A DNA stretch of 64,000 nucleotides from Tubiluchus corallicola (GCA_030141605.1 JAQGDQ010000072.1:248001-312000); one strand, 5' to 3'. Shown: positions 49,787 to 64,000, counted from the first letter of the stretch. Notes: generated by a model not told the origin, from the sequence alone. Made by a program: numbers and translations.

Positions 49787-52716
49787 TCATGCGTCCAGCC
49801 TGAATCGTCCTAACACTTTCCTCCACTGGTCTCTTATGTCGGAAGTGTAAAAAGCTTCACTGTTATTCAATGCGTTTATGAGAAGATTTGAGCTTTGCAT
49901 TACTCTAATGTATAAACTGTATGCAGTTTTCCTACGTATTACATCAAAGTATAAAACATCGTGGTCTACTGAAATGGTCCTAGAACTATAATCATATGGG
50001 TAGTTGAAAAGTTTGCGTTTTGAAACATTGTGAGCTACTTTAAGTTTGCTGAGACTGTAGTTATAAAAATGTCGCCAGGTGGCCATACCGTAGAAAGAAT
50101 TACAATAAGAGTTGAACAGATGAGTTTTGACGTTAGGTGAACAATGATGAAATTTTCTAAGAATACGGTTCGCTCTAGCACAAAACAGACTTCGTTGTCT
50201 GATAACATCCATGTCGTCTTTGTTATCACTGGTGATGATATGGCCAAGATACTTTTCTGTTTCACACGGTATAATTATTTTACCGGCTACCTCAGGTGAA
50301 CTGAAATTGAACCCACACATACTGGGGGTGTAATTGTTATGAGTTTAGTCTTATCGACGTTTATTACTATGTCATGACTATTTGCGTAATCAACATACAT
50401 ATCAACTAAAGTTTGTAAAGCAGTGGTAGTGGATGCTAGTAAACATCCATCATCAGCAAACATAAGGTGATTTATATAAGTACCACCTATCTGACAACCT
50501 AGACCGGTAGATGTGAGGTCAGAACTCAAGTCTCTGAAATATAAATTAAATAGTATGGGTGACATTTTTGCACCCTGCCGAACACCATTTGCGACTTTAA
50601 ATGTGCTAGAGCAAAAATTTCCCCACCTCACAAACATGGTTTGTCGAGAGTAGTAAAAGGCTAATAATCTTATAATAATGTTAGGCATATCAGTATCGAC
50701 CAGTTTTAGAAACATTTTGTAGTAATTTACCCGGTCAAAAGCTTTAGATGCATCTAAGAACAATATGTGTACTCGACTCTGGCGTTGAATGTAATAGTCG
50801 ATAACTTCTTTCATGGTATACAAACACATTTCTGTACCCAATTCATCCACGTAACCAAACTGATTTGGTGTTGATTGAATTGAGTTACCGTATCTGCTTA
50901 AAAACAAAATTTCTAATAGTTTGCTCGACACTGTGGATAGTGCTATTGGCCTATAATTATTCTTGGCTGTAATTTCCTTATTTTTGTCTTTCACAATCGG
51001 TACAATGACAGACAGCATTAGAGAATCAGGCAAAAAACAATGTATGACACAAGCGCTAAATAAAAGTGATAATACTATTGGCAGCATATGTGAAGCATAC
51101 CTAAAATGCTCCGATTTAATTGCATCATTTCCAGCCGATTTGTGCAGAGATAGTTTTGAAATGGCCTCTTGCACTTCTCTCACAGTGAAATAACTCACAA
51201 TACCCATATTACTACTTAACTTCAAGTCTAATTTTGCTGCAACGTCACCGTTATTTGCAGAATTTAAAATCTTTTTATAGTGCTTCCCCCACATATCACA
51301 TATAGCCTTATCGCCTGAAATTTCGTCTATTTTAGGGGGTAGAGGAATTCTTGAGTTAGTTTCCCTTTTTATCATGGCCCAAAATTGATAAGAATTACAG
51401 TTCATAAATTTATGAGCAATTTTATCTGCGACAATTGTTTTCTCTTGGATCTTGCATTCACGTAATGCAAGCTTAAAACGTGAACGTGCCTGGCGCATTT
51501 CATCAGCGATGAGCCCATTCCGAGGCTTGCCATTCGCACACCAAGTTAAAAAACAGTGACGAAAGTGCCTGTGTTTTTCAGAAACGAATTCGTTCCAGCC
51601 AGGTATTATTTTATCCTTTATACGTTCATGATTTTGTGACCGCTTACAACTAGGCAGCGTATTCTCAGCCGCAGAATTTAGCACAGATATAATTGCGTCA
51701 TGCATCAAAGCAAGTTGTTGTCTATGATTGGGGTTCTGACAGTGAATGTCACCACAATAAATTGCGTCGTACGGGACAACGATTCCAGATAGCAAAGACT
51801 GTGTCATTGTTTGGTATTCGAGGAGATGATTACTTTCAGCTTTCTCCCAGTCAACCATAAAAAAAGGCACTATTGGTTTACAAGGTGTGTCCGAATCACA
51901 CGACACTTGGCCATTCAAAACGTCATTTACAGTGACTGTAGCCGCACCATTAGGTGATAAGGCCATACGATCTATATGCACGTTTAGTAGTAAGGGCATG
52001 TGATCTGAACTTGTTAGCTCATAATTTACACAGATATCTCCAATTAAAGAGTCCATAGCCATAGTACTAATTACATGGTCAAGCCATGTAGTTGAGTTGT
52101 GGGCTACACTAACGAACGTAAATGAAGAACTTGGCATTTTCACTACATCAGATATAATATAGTCATTAGCATTACACGTTTCACTTAGCTCCGCGTAAAA
52201 TCTTTTTTGAGGATGGGAATTGAAGTCCCCGACACAACAAACATAGCTAGACTCTGTAGTTTCAATAATAGAGGTGAGAGTGCCTAGACAATGCCTAAAC
52301 TCATCAAAATTATTATCAGCTTCATAGGGAAAGTAAACATTAATTAATACAAGTGGCATTAACTTATCAGGAAATGAAAGAGAAATACCCATTACTCTGC
52401 ATTCGTCATCATAGGTAAGTATTTTACTGGTAACAGGAAGAGTTTTTCGCCATAAGATAGCCAAGCCTCCTTGTGGTCTACCATCTGGTATTCCTGTAGA
52501 GAAATCGGTTGGTGAAACTCCATGTCCATAGAATTCTGGGTGAATGCAAGATAGGTGTTCTAGCTCTTGTTTAGGCAACATCGTTTCTTGCAAAAGTAGC
52601 ACATCAATATATTTGCACAGTTCCTGTAGTACGTATTGAGACTCAGGGTGCAACACTGAATTACAGTTATAGCTCGCTACCTTCAGAGTCTGTATTTGTG
52701 TTTGGTTGCAGTTCAT
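49787..52716 (-). CDS. LINE ORF2 (APE endonuclease + reverse transcriptase) with a single frameshift near 50320-50330
   Basis: Motifs SYNC, LLQET, GGLAILW, NVYFP, GDFNS, WLDH, SDH, PGWNE, NYRPIAL, FLDASKAFDRV, NGVRQG and FADD. The C-terminus (KYLGHII...SYCNSFYG..W) continues in ORF 49787-50320. The probable ATG is at 52716. Confidence 0.9.
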
Positions 52717-54037
52717 TATTGTCAGTATGATTAGTGGTGCTGCTGGTGGCGCCGCCACATTCCGTTTGCTGATCAAGTGTATCATTCCCTGCTTCTCTAT
52801 TACCTACTGGTCTATAGCCGTCGTTTGATAATGCCTTTGCTTTCTGCGTTAAAGGCTGATTCACAGTCACTTTTGCAGCTCTAGAAGTATAGAATGGCTT
52901 CATCAGTGTGCCAACTGGCCATAACTCTGCGTTCATAATTTTATCATACTCGTCCGTACCATGGCAGCTTATAACAAATGAGGAGTATGTATTAAATTTT
53001 GTCTTAAGTTGTTCCACACTAACTGTAATGTTGCACGATTCATCTACAAAACGCTGAACCTCCGTTGCGTCGGTACTAGGATCTAGACGGGTAATGAATA
53101 TTCGTCGTAGTGGTTTGCTCGGTCTTATGGATACTCCAAGGCCAGTAGCAGATCCTGTGATGACTTTCTTGGATTCTCTATTATTCACATTACGTGGGCG
53201 CCGCCGTTTTTTCACAATCGTGAATCCGTCATTGTCGTCATCAACAATCTTGTCGCTCGTTTGCTGCTTGCTCACGTTTGTAAGTTCAGTGTTCACTAGG
53301 CAGCTTCTGGTTGTTTCAGAGTAACTTTTCTTTTGTGATGAGTCTGTTTTTGAAGACACGGGAGGCACAGCTTTGGACAGATGTGCTTTTAGCAGAGCAT
53401 CAAGCTCAGCCCTAGAAACTGAGTTTTCTTTCAGTTCTTGGAGTTCCTGCTGAACCGTTTGCAATTTCTTAACAATGACAGATGTATCAACTGATTTCAG
53501 CGTCATTGGTGGCATTTTATGGGAGTATGCTGACACAAACCTAGGCGACGGTACTGCGTCCATAATTGGCCCATATTGCAAAAGCTTAAGAATATCCATT
53601 GCATTTGCCCTTCTCTTCGTGGGACCGATCCTGTTCTTAGTGAAGTCAGGCTTTTCGGTGGCTTCTGCAGGAATAAAGTCTAAGAGTAATGCTTTTGCAT
53701 CTTCACATTCTTCATCAGTGTAATGGTCATGGATGATAGTTGCAAGATCTAGATAAGTCGCACCAGCTTCAAGCTGATTTTGGGCAAAATAATTTAATTC
53801 GCTGTGTGTGAGCACCAGCTTCTCGGAATTAATCTGACGGGATCTGATGTTAGGAGTTGCGTGCCAATTGACCGATCCTCCCTGGGATGATGATAATTCA
53901 TGTATAGAGTCACCATCGTCTAGAGCTGCTTTCCTGGACGTACAGCACTTTGTACAGATAGTAAGCTGCCCAAACTCTGTACGTGGTATAGCATCTGGGT
54001 ATTTCCTCCTGCATAATTGACACGTGGATGGAGCCAT
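52667..54037 (-). CDS. LINE ORF1 protein, 456 aa
   Basis: Uninterrupted ORF directly upstream of ORF2. It has an N-terminal CxxC...CxxC, a coiled-coil segment, a basic GFTIVKKRRR patch and an RRM-like C-terminal region (IFITRLDP...YSSFVIS...LWPVG). Confidence 0.85.
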   Translation of the reverse strand: MAPSTCQLCRRKYPDAIPRTEFGQLTICTKCCTSRKAALDDGDSIHELSSSQGGSVNWHATPNIRSRQINSEKLVLTHSELNYFAQNQLEAGATYLDLATIIHDHYTDEECEDAKALLLDFIPAEATEKPDFTKNRIGPTKRRANAMDILKLLQYGPIMDAVPSPRFVSAYSHKMPPMTLKSVDTSVIVKKLQTVQQELQELKENSVSRAELDALLKAHLSKAVPPVSSKTDSSQKKSYSETTRSCLVNTELTNVSKQQTSDKIVDDDNDGFTIVKKRRRPRNVNNRESKKVITGSATGLGVSIRPSKPLRRIFITRLDPSTDATEVQRFVDESCNITVSVEQLKTKFNTYSSFVISCHGTDEYDKIMNAELWPVGTLMKPFYTSRAAKVTVNQPLTQKAKALSNDGYRPVGNREAGNDTLDQQTECGGATSSTTNHTDNNELQPNTNTDSEGSEL

Positions 54038-54359
54038 AGTGCTGCTTAATCACCCAATTGTCATGACAATACGTAGGTGATTACCAGTCAATAATGCTTT
54101 AAATTTCCAAGACCAACCTGTCATACAAGTTCTTGGCCCAACGTATGTTAACAATATTTTCACAAATATGGTTTTCCGCTAATATTCACACTAGTATTAA
54201 TCAATCTCCAAAAATATTATTATAATCACATTCCTTATCTCTTTATACACACGATGGTATAAGTCATTATCAGAAAACTTCAAAATTTGCACATAAAAAG
54301 TTAGAAAATGCGAGCACTTTACTGAGACATCCAACTTGCGCAATAACCTGCGCAGAGAG

Positions 54360-55899
<1,540 letters not shown>

Positions 55900-55900
<1 letters not shown>

Positions 55901-57110
55901 ATTCTGATTTATTACTTTAAATCAAAACATAAGTTCATAGCAAATAATACAACATAAACTACAAATAAAAGTACCCACAAAATACAAAAAATTAATGACA
56001 ATAATCAATTAATTAATTAATAAATAAATAAACACACACATGCACATAATATGGATCTTTATCTTAATGAAATTATATGCTATAAGAAAAGTTATATTCT
56101 TACAAAATATACAGCTGAGTTAAATTTTGCGCCACATATATTTAATTTCGGAAGTAAATCTTGCATCACTTTCTACAATTTTTTACAAATACAGTTATCA
56201 CTTTGATCCATTCTAATATACCAGCTGTACGCACATTTACGATGTATAACATCAAAAATTATTAGCCTAATGTTGGTTGTCATTATTGTCTCGCTCTGGT
56301 ATCATAAGAATAAGCAAAAAATTGCGGATTGAAGAATTCCGAGCCACCTTTAGTTTTAAAAGTTTAATTAAAAAATCTCTCTACGTGGACATAGAATAAA
56401 AATTACTGGGTTACTGCAATAAGCATTAAAAAGTATTTTCCACAAAGTAGAACAAAAGAAAAGTTTCATTAATAATTTATTCGCTCTACAATAATAGGCA
56501 TAGCACTCTCTGATATTGTCATCATTGTTGTCTACTGAGATAATGTGACCCAGACTTTTTTCCTTAAATTGTGCCATACGCTCTGCTCGAAAAGTAACCA
56601 ACTTCGTTTGATGAATGTTTACAAGAATGTCATATTTCACAGCAAATTTATAAAGAAAACACCAAGAAATTGCGGCAGGGCTGTGATGGTTGTAGCCGAT
56701 AGACATTCATCATTAGCATACATTAGATGATTAGCGCAAAAATTTCCAATATGGCACCCAATTCGTGAAGCAGAAAGTTCAACATTAAGCTCTTGAAAAT
56801 AAAAATTAAATGACCACAGTAACATTTTTCGAGTTTCGCGTATTACCAACAGTGAAGTTTCTAAATTGTAACGACACTGCCTTATGTGTAGTAAAATAGC
56901 AAAAGGCGGATAACAATATTGGACAAATTCGTGTCGACGAGATTTACAAACAGTTTTAAAAAGTTAACCCTGTCAAAAGTTTTAGAAGCACAAATAAATA
57001 ACACATGAGCTATTTTTTGACAAATGATATATATATATATATATGTATATATGCATACAACATATAATATAATATATAAGCATATATTTGTATATATAAT
57101 ATTCAACTTG
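55900..57110 (-). mobile_element. Older 5'-truncated, decayed relative of the adjacent full-length LINE
   Basis: Fragments VLFICASKTFDRVN..KLF..LVDT, GCHIG....NHLMYAND, LGHIIS.DN.D and LFNAYC parallel the intact ORF2. It ends AATAAATCAGAATCAG, running into the microsatellite. Confidence 0.85.
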
Positions 57111-57208
57111 ATATTCTCTTATTGTTTTTATCTTTTTTAAATGGATTACTTATTTATTACTAGAAATTTACTAGAAATTTATGGGAAGTGGCAGAGTGTA
57201 AGCCAATA

Positions 57209-57575
57209 ATGGAGGAACTAGACAATAGTATAAAGGAATTGGAAAAGCAGGTACGTATGTTTTTTATGACTTTGTGCAAGGTTCAATTTGTCAAATTATG
57301 AGTATTTAGAATGTATTCAGTACGCGTGCCGGCTTAATTCTCCGTGCGTGGTCAGCGCTATGGATTTTATTTTAAAAAAAATAGCTTTGAAAGTTTCCAA
57401 TGACAAATCACTCAAAAGAATGCTAGGCCTATGCCTTTGCGCTAATCATTTTTGGCTCTTAACTGTTGAATTACTAAAGCTTAACGTAATTATTCCATAA
57501 CGTCAGCAATGCCTTAGAATGATTTAGCTGTTACTGATGCTGTTACTGTAGTTGTTGTTCATGTTGTTGTTGTTT

Positions 57576-57610
<35 letters not shown>

Positions 57611-60600
57611 GCTGCTGCTGCTGCTGCTGTTGTTGTCGCTGCAGCAGGAAAAACTTCTGAAAGGGTTTTTTTTTAAAAATTTTTAGAATTGGATCTCTTG
57701 TAAACACTTTCAATTTAAATTTTTCGTTAATTACACTGAATTTTATCGGAATTTTTTCTATGTTTTAGCATTTTTCATATAGTAAAAATCAATGGACAAT
57801 AACAACCGTACGGAAGCCTTCACGGGATTCAATAAGTTTAGTGTGTTACCGAAAAAAAAGTTGAAAAATGGTTTCACTTGTAAATTAGCGTGTATAATAC
57901 AACTGAGATTTAATGATATTATTTCTTTTATAGTTGGACCAAACCGATGATTTTGACAAAAGAAAGGAACTTAGAAATAAAATTCGAGAACTTAAAAAGA
58001 AGCGATCGGGTAAAAAAACATTATTTGATAGCGTGCAACTTTTGACACAAATTAACGTGAATTTTAAAAATTAAAAATTAAGGCTTCATGAAAGTAATTT
58101 CGTATTCTCCATAGACGAAAGAGATGCTCTTATTAGAAAACACGAACAGTCCCGGGAAGATCGACTTAAAACTAAAGTTGCAGTTGCTGGACAAAGGAAG
58201 AAGGAAGAAATGGACAGGTAAATTTTCATTTAGAACTTGATTTTAAGCCATTTGTGAAAAAAATTAAGCATAAGGGAGAGCTAAAATCTTACTTTCCAGT
58301 TTTGGTAGCAGTGAGGCAGTTTCTTTTTTTTACATTTCTACCCGTCCAATGGCTGCAAGAGACGTACTGAGCATAATTATGATGATGGTGAATCTAAACG
58401 TAACTAATCAATACTAGTTCTAAGCTCTACTAGACTCTCACCAGTTGCTCCATCTGTGCTGTAGCTTTTAACAAGTTTTTTGTATTCACCTGTCCAAAAC
58501 CTAGCTAAGTGCATGGTACTGTGGTATACTGTATGATACACAACTTAAGACAGAGTTTAGCGAAATCAATAAATAGGTCTGTATTACCTGATTTGTGTTT
58601 CAGAACATTGTGTAATCGTCCATATCTACATAAGTCCTTGAATATTTCAGGTATTTAAAGCTTCGATAGCAATTTAACGTAAGTGCAGATACTAATGGAA
58701 ATATCAAAAACTACCAGATGACATCAGAAAGTACAATAAAACTTTTAAGATAAAATAAGGGCGTGCATGCTAGATTTGCCTACGCGTTAATTGTATTGAC
58801 AGTAGACAGAGCTGTTACAAAGGAGCTATTTTAATAATATAATATAACCTAATATAAATCTATCAACAGTGTCAAATAAGTAAAAATTTATATTTCCACA
58901 TTTTTTGGCTGTTACTGTTGCTTAACAGGTATTGTCTAAACGATAGAATAGTCAAATTATACCAAATTAAACAGACATTTATTTATTCACTTTTTTCAAT
59001 ATTATAAATAAATAATAGTGTTGTTAAAGTTGCATGGCTACATTTGCGACCACGCTTCATTATAGCAATTGCACTATGTCTGTGTCCCATGTTCTAGGTT
59101 GACAGGCGTTGAATCAGTTGGAGCTCACAACGTAGGTGTAATGCAACATCATATTGAGAGAGCAAAATCAGATGCTGACCGTCGAAAAGCAGCAGAACTA
59201 AAAATGTACGATGAAAAGGCAAAAGTAGACTCAGCGGGCGTTTCGAAGCGAACCACGTCTATAGAGACAAAAACAGGCAAAGACGGGGTAAAAACTACAA
59301 CAAAGAAAACAACGATTCGGTCCAATGATCCAAGTAAGTTCTTGAGTAAAACAGGCTGACATAGAGAACTTTTCATAGTACGTATAAGTTATTGGTACTA
59401 TGCTATGAGGTTAATACACGGCTACAGTATATTTCTTTATGCATATATTATTATTCTTTTTTATTATTCCTTTGTTTCGTACCATTACAGATATAGCCAT
59501 ATATTCATATACACAAAATATAACAAAGAAAAGTTTGTAAAACACACACACAGAAAATAAACAATATTCAAAATGACAATGACCGTACACACACAATCGT
59601 ACATAAAAATACTGTTAGTGTCCTTCACTGATAATCTTCTAAACACGCTTTAAGAACATTAATAACTAGTTTTTCACATTCACGTTATCAAACCTCAAAG
59701 ATGAGCCATACTTTCTTCTTAAGTGACTATGACTATCGTTAGTTAAATACAACATTAATTGAATATTCTCGATGCTCGAGTTTTGAATTTTCTTTAAAAA
59801 AATTAATTTTCTACCATCAATTAGAAAGTTTACAGGCAGAGAACCAAAGTAATTCATTAAAACCTTTACACTCTCATTACGTTTATAATTATAAATTTTC
59901 CTATAGGCTGTGTTCCAACAAATTTAAAATATTTTCTTTTTCAAAAGATAACGAATTAACTTCTGCTGCATACAACAAAATTGGTAAACAATATGCAGTC
60001 ATCAGCATTTTGGACACCATTTCATTACATCTACTTCCTAGAGTTGACAATATCGAGTTCAACGATGCATAAAATTTGCTTTTATTTATAGCAATGTCTA
60101 TTTAAAAAAAATATCAGATTTTATATCAATTCCTGAGTGTTTGACTTTTTCCTTCCAAATCAGTGTTTTACCAAAAAATTATTTTACCAACACATTTTGA
60201 CCTGCATTACCTATATATATAGCAACTAACTTTTTCTAGAATTAAATGTAATAGACCAACTCTGACCATTTCAACATTCACAACTTTTCACAAATTTCAA
60301 CATTTTCTTAACATGATTATGTGAACCAGCAATTAGGGCAATATCATCAGCACACATGACTGATCCCAAAAGTTTCACCAACATGACACCCCAAACCTAA
60401 TTCACGCAGTTGCTTTGTTAGATCATCCGAGTAAACTGCATGCAAAACAGGCGACAATGTGCCTCCCTACCTAACAACTGAATTGATACAAAATTCAGAA
60501 CTAAACTTGTTGTCCCACTTTACAACAGCTTTTGACTTGCTGTATCAATTATCAGTATTCTAATAAAACATCTAGGTACATATTATGTACATTATTTTCT

Positions 60601-63600
60601 AGGAGGTATTTTAAGTACAATCCACCGTACAGTACTTCATCAAAAGCTTTTGATGCGTCCAAGAAGGCCATATAGACCTAATTATTTCGCTGAGTAAAAA
60701 ATAACACAGTTTTTTTAATAGTATGAATGGCGTGTGAACAACTGGAATTGCTCTCATATCCGAATTGAAGCTGATCACTTCCGAGATAAATTCCAGACTG
60801 CATTAATAACATTGATTTGAACAATTTTGTGATAACTGGAGAGAGAGAGAGAGAGAGTTACTGCACGGTAATTGTCAAAATTAATAAAATCACCTTGATT
60901 ATTTTTCATTATAGGAGAAATTACACGTTTACCAAAGTTATCAGGTACATAGCCATGAACAAGCGGTATATTAAATAACAATGTCAAATATAATGCTAAA
61001 ACATTCAGCGAATAAAGTAAGTGTTCAGCTTGGAGCTCGTCTAAGTCAGCCGATTTCCCTTATTCCTTATTGTTAATTAGTTGCAGTATTTCGTTTACAG
61101 TAACTGTAAAGTGTTTTTTACTACCTGAATTGTAATTTTCTCACTTATCAATAAACATTTTTAACTCACAGTCATTAACAATATCAGGCTGAAAAATGTT
61201 TTCAAAACATGTTTTAAGTTCAGCTAGCACTGTTTTTCCTCCCACAGCTTCATTTAATTTATTTGTTACAGTTTTCATTTCAGAACCGTGCCTTTTCTTC
61301 CATTTACTCCAAGAACGATTTTGATTTCTCCCAAACCATTCATCATACAAGTGTTTACTTTCCAGTTGTGCTTTTTTCTGAGCATCATTAATAGCCTTTT
61401 ATAACTTAATTTGCATCCTATTCTATACGTATTTATATAGCCATATCTAGGTTTGCCCACGCTTTGTCATAATTCACGCGTATTAATAGATTTGCTTTTT
61501 AAAGAAGCGAGTTCATCATTCTACCAATGTTTCTGAAATCCCACACGGACGTGTAGGATAACACGGGACGTGTGCTTCACCTGCCCTAAATAGTGTCTGT
61601 GTTAATTTCCAAACTGTGAAATTCATTAGAACATTCATCTGAATTCCTTCAGTAAATGTCTCGGTATTCTAATTTGAAGTATATTACTTTCAATACAAGT
61701 ATTACACGCATGCAAATTTATTTTTGCCCGGTTCATGAAACGAGGTTTTCTAGTTTTGCAGTAAACTTCTTTGTTTATATTTTCACATGTAAGCATAATA
61801 CTGATAGAAAAATGATCAGACGTTTTGTCACCATCACCAATTACTTGAAGTCCTGTAATATTATCGACCATGAGTTTAGAACAAATCACACAGTCAATAT
61901 AACTGTAACAATTTAACGAATCATTATTATAAGTAAATGCACCAGGTATTATATTTTTATCCCATTCCAGATTATTGGTTTTCACAAATTCAACAAGGGC
62001 TTGCTGATTTTTCGAAATTTTAAGCCTTTCTATATTCAAATCTCCTACAATTAAAACATTGCAAGTGTTATACCACCCTTATACCACCCTTACACCACCA
62101 TTATATCAATACACGTCACATATTGATCATAGTTAGTTACTTCTATTGCTTCTTAGCACACGATCTGTTTCAAACTGTTAATCAACTGCTAATTTTCTGA
62201 AAAGGCCTTGTCAGTAACAGCTCCTTATTATTATCTAACCATTGTGACGATTGATTGTTTTCTACTGTATTTATTAGAAGAAGTAGACAAACTAGCTTCA
62301 GATATGACTAAGATGGGAGGAACAGGTGGCCAACTCAAAATAACCAAAACGACGACCACGACAAAGGATGGGAAAACGACAACAGACACCAAAACATTGG
62401 GTAAGCTGATCATGGGCTCTAATATATATAATGCTTATATACATAATCATATACATTAATATATATATATATATATAACGTTAATTAGCTTCTTCTTTCT
62501 TCTTCTTAGATTATAAGTTTATATATATATATATACTTATAATCTAAGAAGAATTTAATCAACGTTCTACCTTCAAGAGACTTGATTGTAATCTATAATA
62601 AGAGACAGTGAAGTGTATTCACACTGGTAAATGTGGTAAAAGATATTGTTCTCAAAAATCTCTGTGTTGTTAATTTTGCATACTGTAGTAATTGTTTTTT
62701 GAATTTGTATACCGTAATTATCGTGTTTTTTATTTTGTATACTGACGTCTATAACGTGTTTGAAAACTTTTATGCCTTCAAACTGAGGTTGAAAAAATAA
62801 TAATAACCTCTCTCTTCTGCCTGGACATTGCACTGCCCACCTCTTACTCTAAACGTTTCTTTCAATTGCTACATCAACATTTTAGCGTTGATTTTATACT
62901 TTTGCAGGTGCGCCAACATCGTAAGTACTATTTAATCTTTTTTAGTAAATTGAGAAGAAGCGGTTTCGATTAAATACCTCTTATCGTTAAATTCTTAATA
63001 ATTTAACAGTTATTTTTCGTTATTTAAGGAGAACGGGTATTTAAAATCACATGCAAATTTATGCTAAAATAGCTTTGATGGACAATTTAAAATTTCAGTT
63101 TTGGTTTCATTGAGCCTTCGCTTTGATATTTTAATAATAGATTTGCAGTGATTGCGCTTGTCATTTTTACCGGATGTGATTATTAACAAATTATGTGATA
63201 AATCTGAAAAAAGAGTTTGTCGTTTGTGATAGTCTACTGGGTGTTTACTAGACTAGTGTGTAATTTTCTACTAATAGCTGATGTTGAAACAATAGTCCAC
63301 TTACAAAATAAGCAAGAGATAGGCCTAATATTTGAGAAGGAAAGTTACAATAAGCTTGGTTATGAAGGACCTATTCCAATGATAATGTTTTTAACTTGTC
63401 ACAGCATGGTTATTAACTGTTACAGTTCCTTTCAAGTATAGAAATACTAAGAGGTACTGAAAAGAGGTCCTCCTGTAATTGATTGCCGCAAGTTTTAACA
63501 AGGCATACTAAGGCTATTAATTATTAATAACATCTTTATTGTGTTGCACGTTGCATGTAGCTGCCCTTTTCGTGCCACGGGTTTGCATTGCAATGTACGG

Positions 63601-63669
63601 CCTAGGACATCTGAAGACATCAAAGCTGCTCTTCTCCAATTTTGTCAAGTTAAAACACGTGGATATGAA
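57209..63669 (+). CDS. Smoothelin-like / calponin-homology-domain cytoskeletal protein, 5' part (continues beyond the window)
   Basis: Exons 57209-57250, 57934-58009, 58115-58217, 59098-59333, 62278-62400, 62908-62920 and 63606-63669 are GT-AG and phase-consistent. ELEKQLDQTDDFDKRKELRNKIRELKK resembles the smoothelin domain. DIKAALLQFCQVKTRGYE matches the start of a smoothelin-type CH domain. The start codon is uncertain. Confidence 0.8.
57536..57640. repeat. (GTT)n/(GCT)n microsatellite
   Basis: Directly visible, intronic. Confidence 0.9.
59440..62060 (-). mobile_element. Decayed APE-RT LINE ORF2 in an intron of the smoothelin-like gene
   Basis: Fragments GDLN, SYID, SDH, GKPRYG, HGYVPDNF, DNYRAVTLS, FLDASKAFD, CADDIAL and AYCLPILLYA, with many disruptions. 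Confidence 0.85.
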
Positions 63670-64000
63670 GTGTGTACATTAACAGATACTTTTTAAATTA
63701 GTGTATATGGAAAAAGCTCTCGGCGTCACTTTTCTGTGTCGAGAGCCGGTGCCGAAAAGCTTTTTCCGTATACTCTTATACATTATAGATAACAGCTAAA
63801 GCACGGTTTCTTTTTAACTATCACCAATCTTTTGGCATGTGGTTTGATGTAATTACAGCGCATTTGCCGAAAACTAACATTACAATAAGCCTGTTGCAAC
63901 CTAAGTAAAAACTACCAAAGTTTGTACAAGCTCACTACGTTTGTAAAAAGCAAAACGTCGGTCCAGAGGCTATTAGTTTTGCCAAAATATTTAGCGCTTT

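Larger units (their letters stand above)
49612..54359 (-). mobile_element. Near-intact full-length two-ORF non-LTR retrotransposon (APE endonuclease + RT; clade unresolved, RTE-X-like suspected)
   Basis: About 320 nt of 5' UTR, then ORF1, an overlapping ORF2 with one frameshift, a short 3' UTR, AATAAA and an (AAATC)n tail. (GACT)n lies on both flanks. Confidence 0.93.

Noticed and set aside
50963-53723. Plus-strand ORFs opposite the LINE ORFs (and similar ORFs opposite GPCR and smoothelin exons)
   Set aside because: Antisense shadows of real coding frames with no independent motifs.
49787-54037. RT plus repeat array as a retron, DGR, telomerase-like or CRISPR-RT system
   Set aside because: The RT is fused to an APE endonuclease behind an ORF1 with a polyA signal and simple-repeat tail, which is a standard non-LTR retrotransposon layout. 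The array is a microsatellite.

Overview
AT-rich, intron- and repeat-rich eukaryotic DNA, probably from an invertebrate animal; it is not prokaryotic. Three spliced genes can be rebuilt by hand with phase-consistent GT-AG introns. (1) A complete 12-exon Amt-family ammonium transporter (+, 2455-22837, ~490 aa). (2) A complete class C GPCR with 6 coding exons (-, 27200-34856, ~1142 aa). It appears to have TWO tandem Venus-flytrap domains and no cysteine-rich domain, and is the most unusual item here. (3) The 5' part of a smoothelin-like CH-domain gene (+, ~57209 to past the window end), which includes a frame-essential 13-nt microexon. The rest is mostly mobile DNA. A near-intact two-ORF APE-RT non-LTR retrotransposon (-, ~49612-54359) sits inside a (GACT/GATT)n tract next to an older relative. 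There are also several decayed LINEs, two related ~1.4 kb solo-LTR-like inserts, a Kolobok-like element in a three-level nest, MITEs, a tRNA-derived SINE head and many microsatellites. No searches were run: family assignments come from motif recognition by eye, and novelty is unverified.
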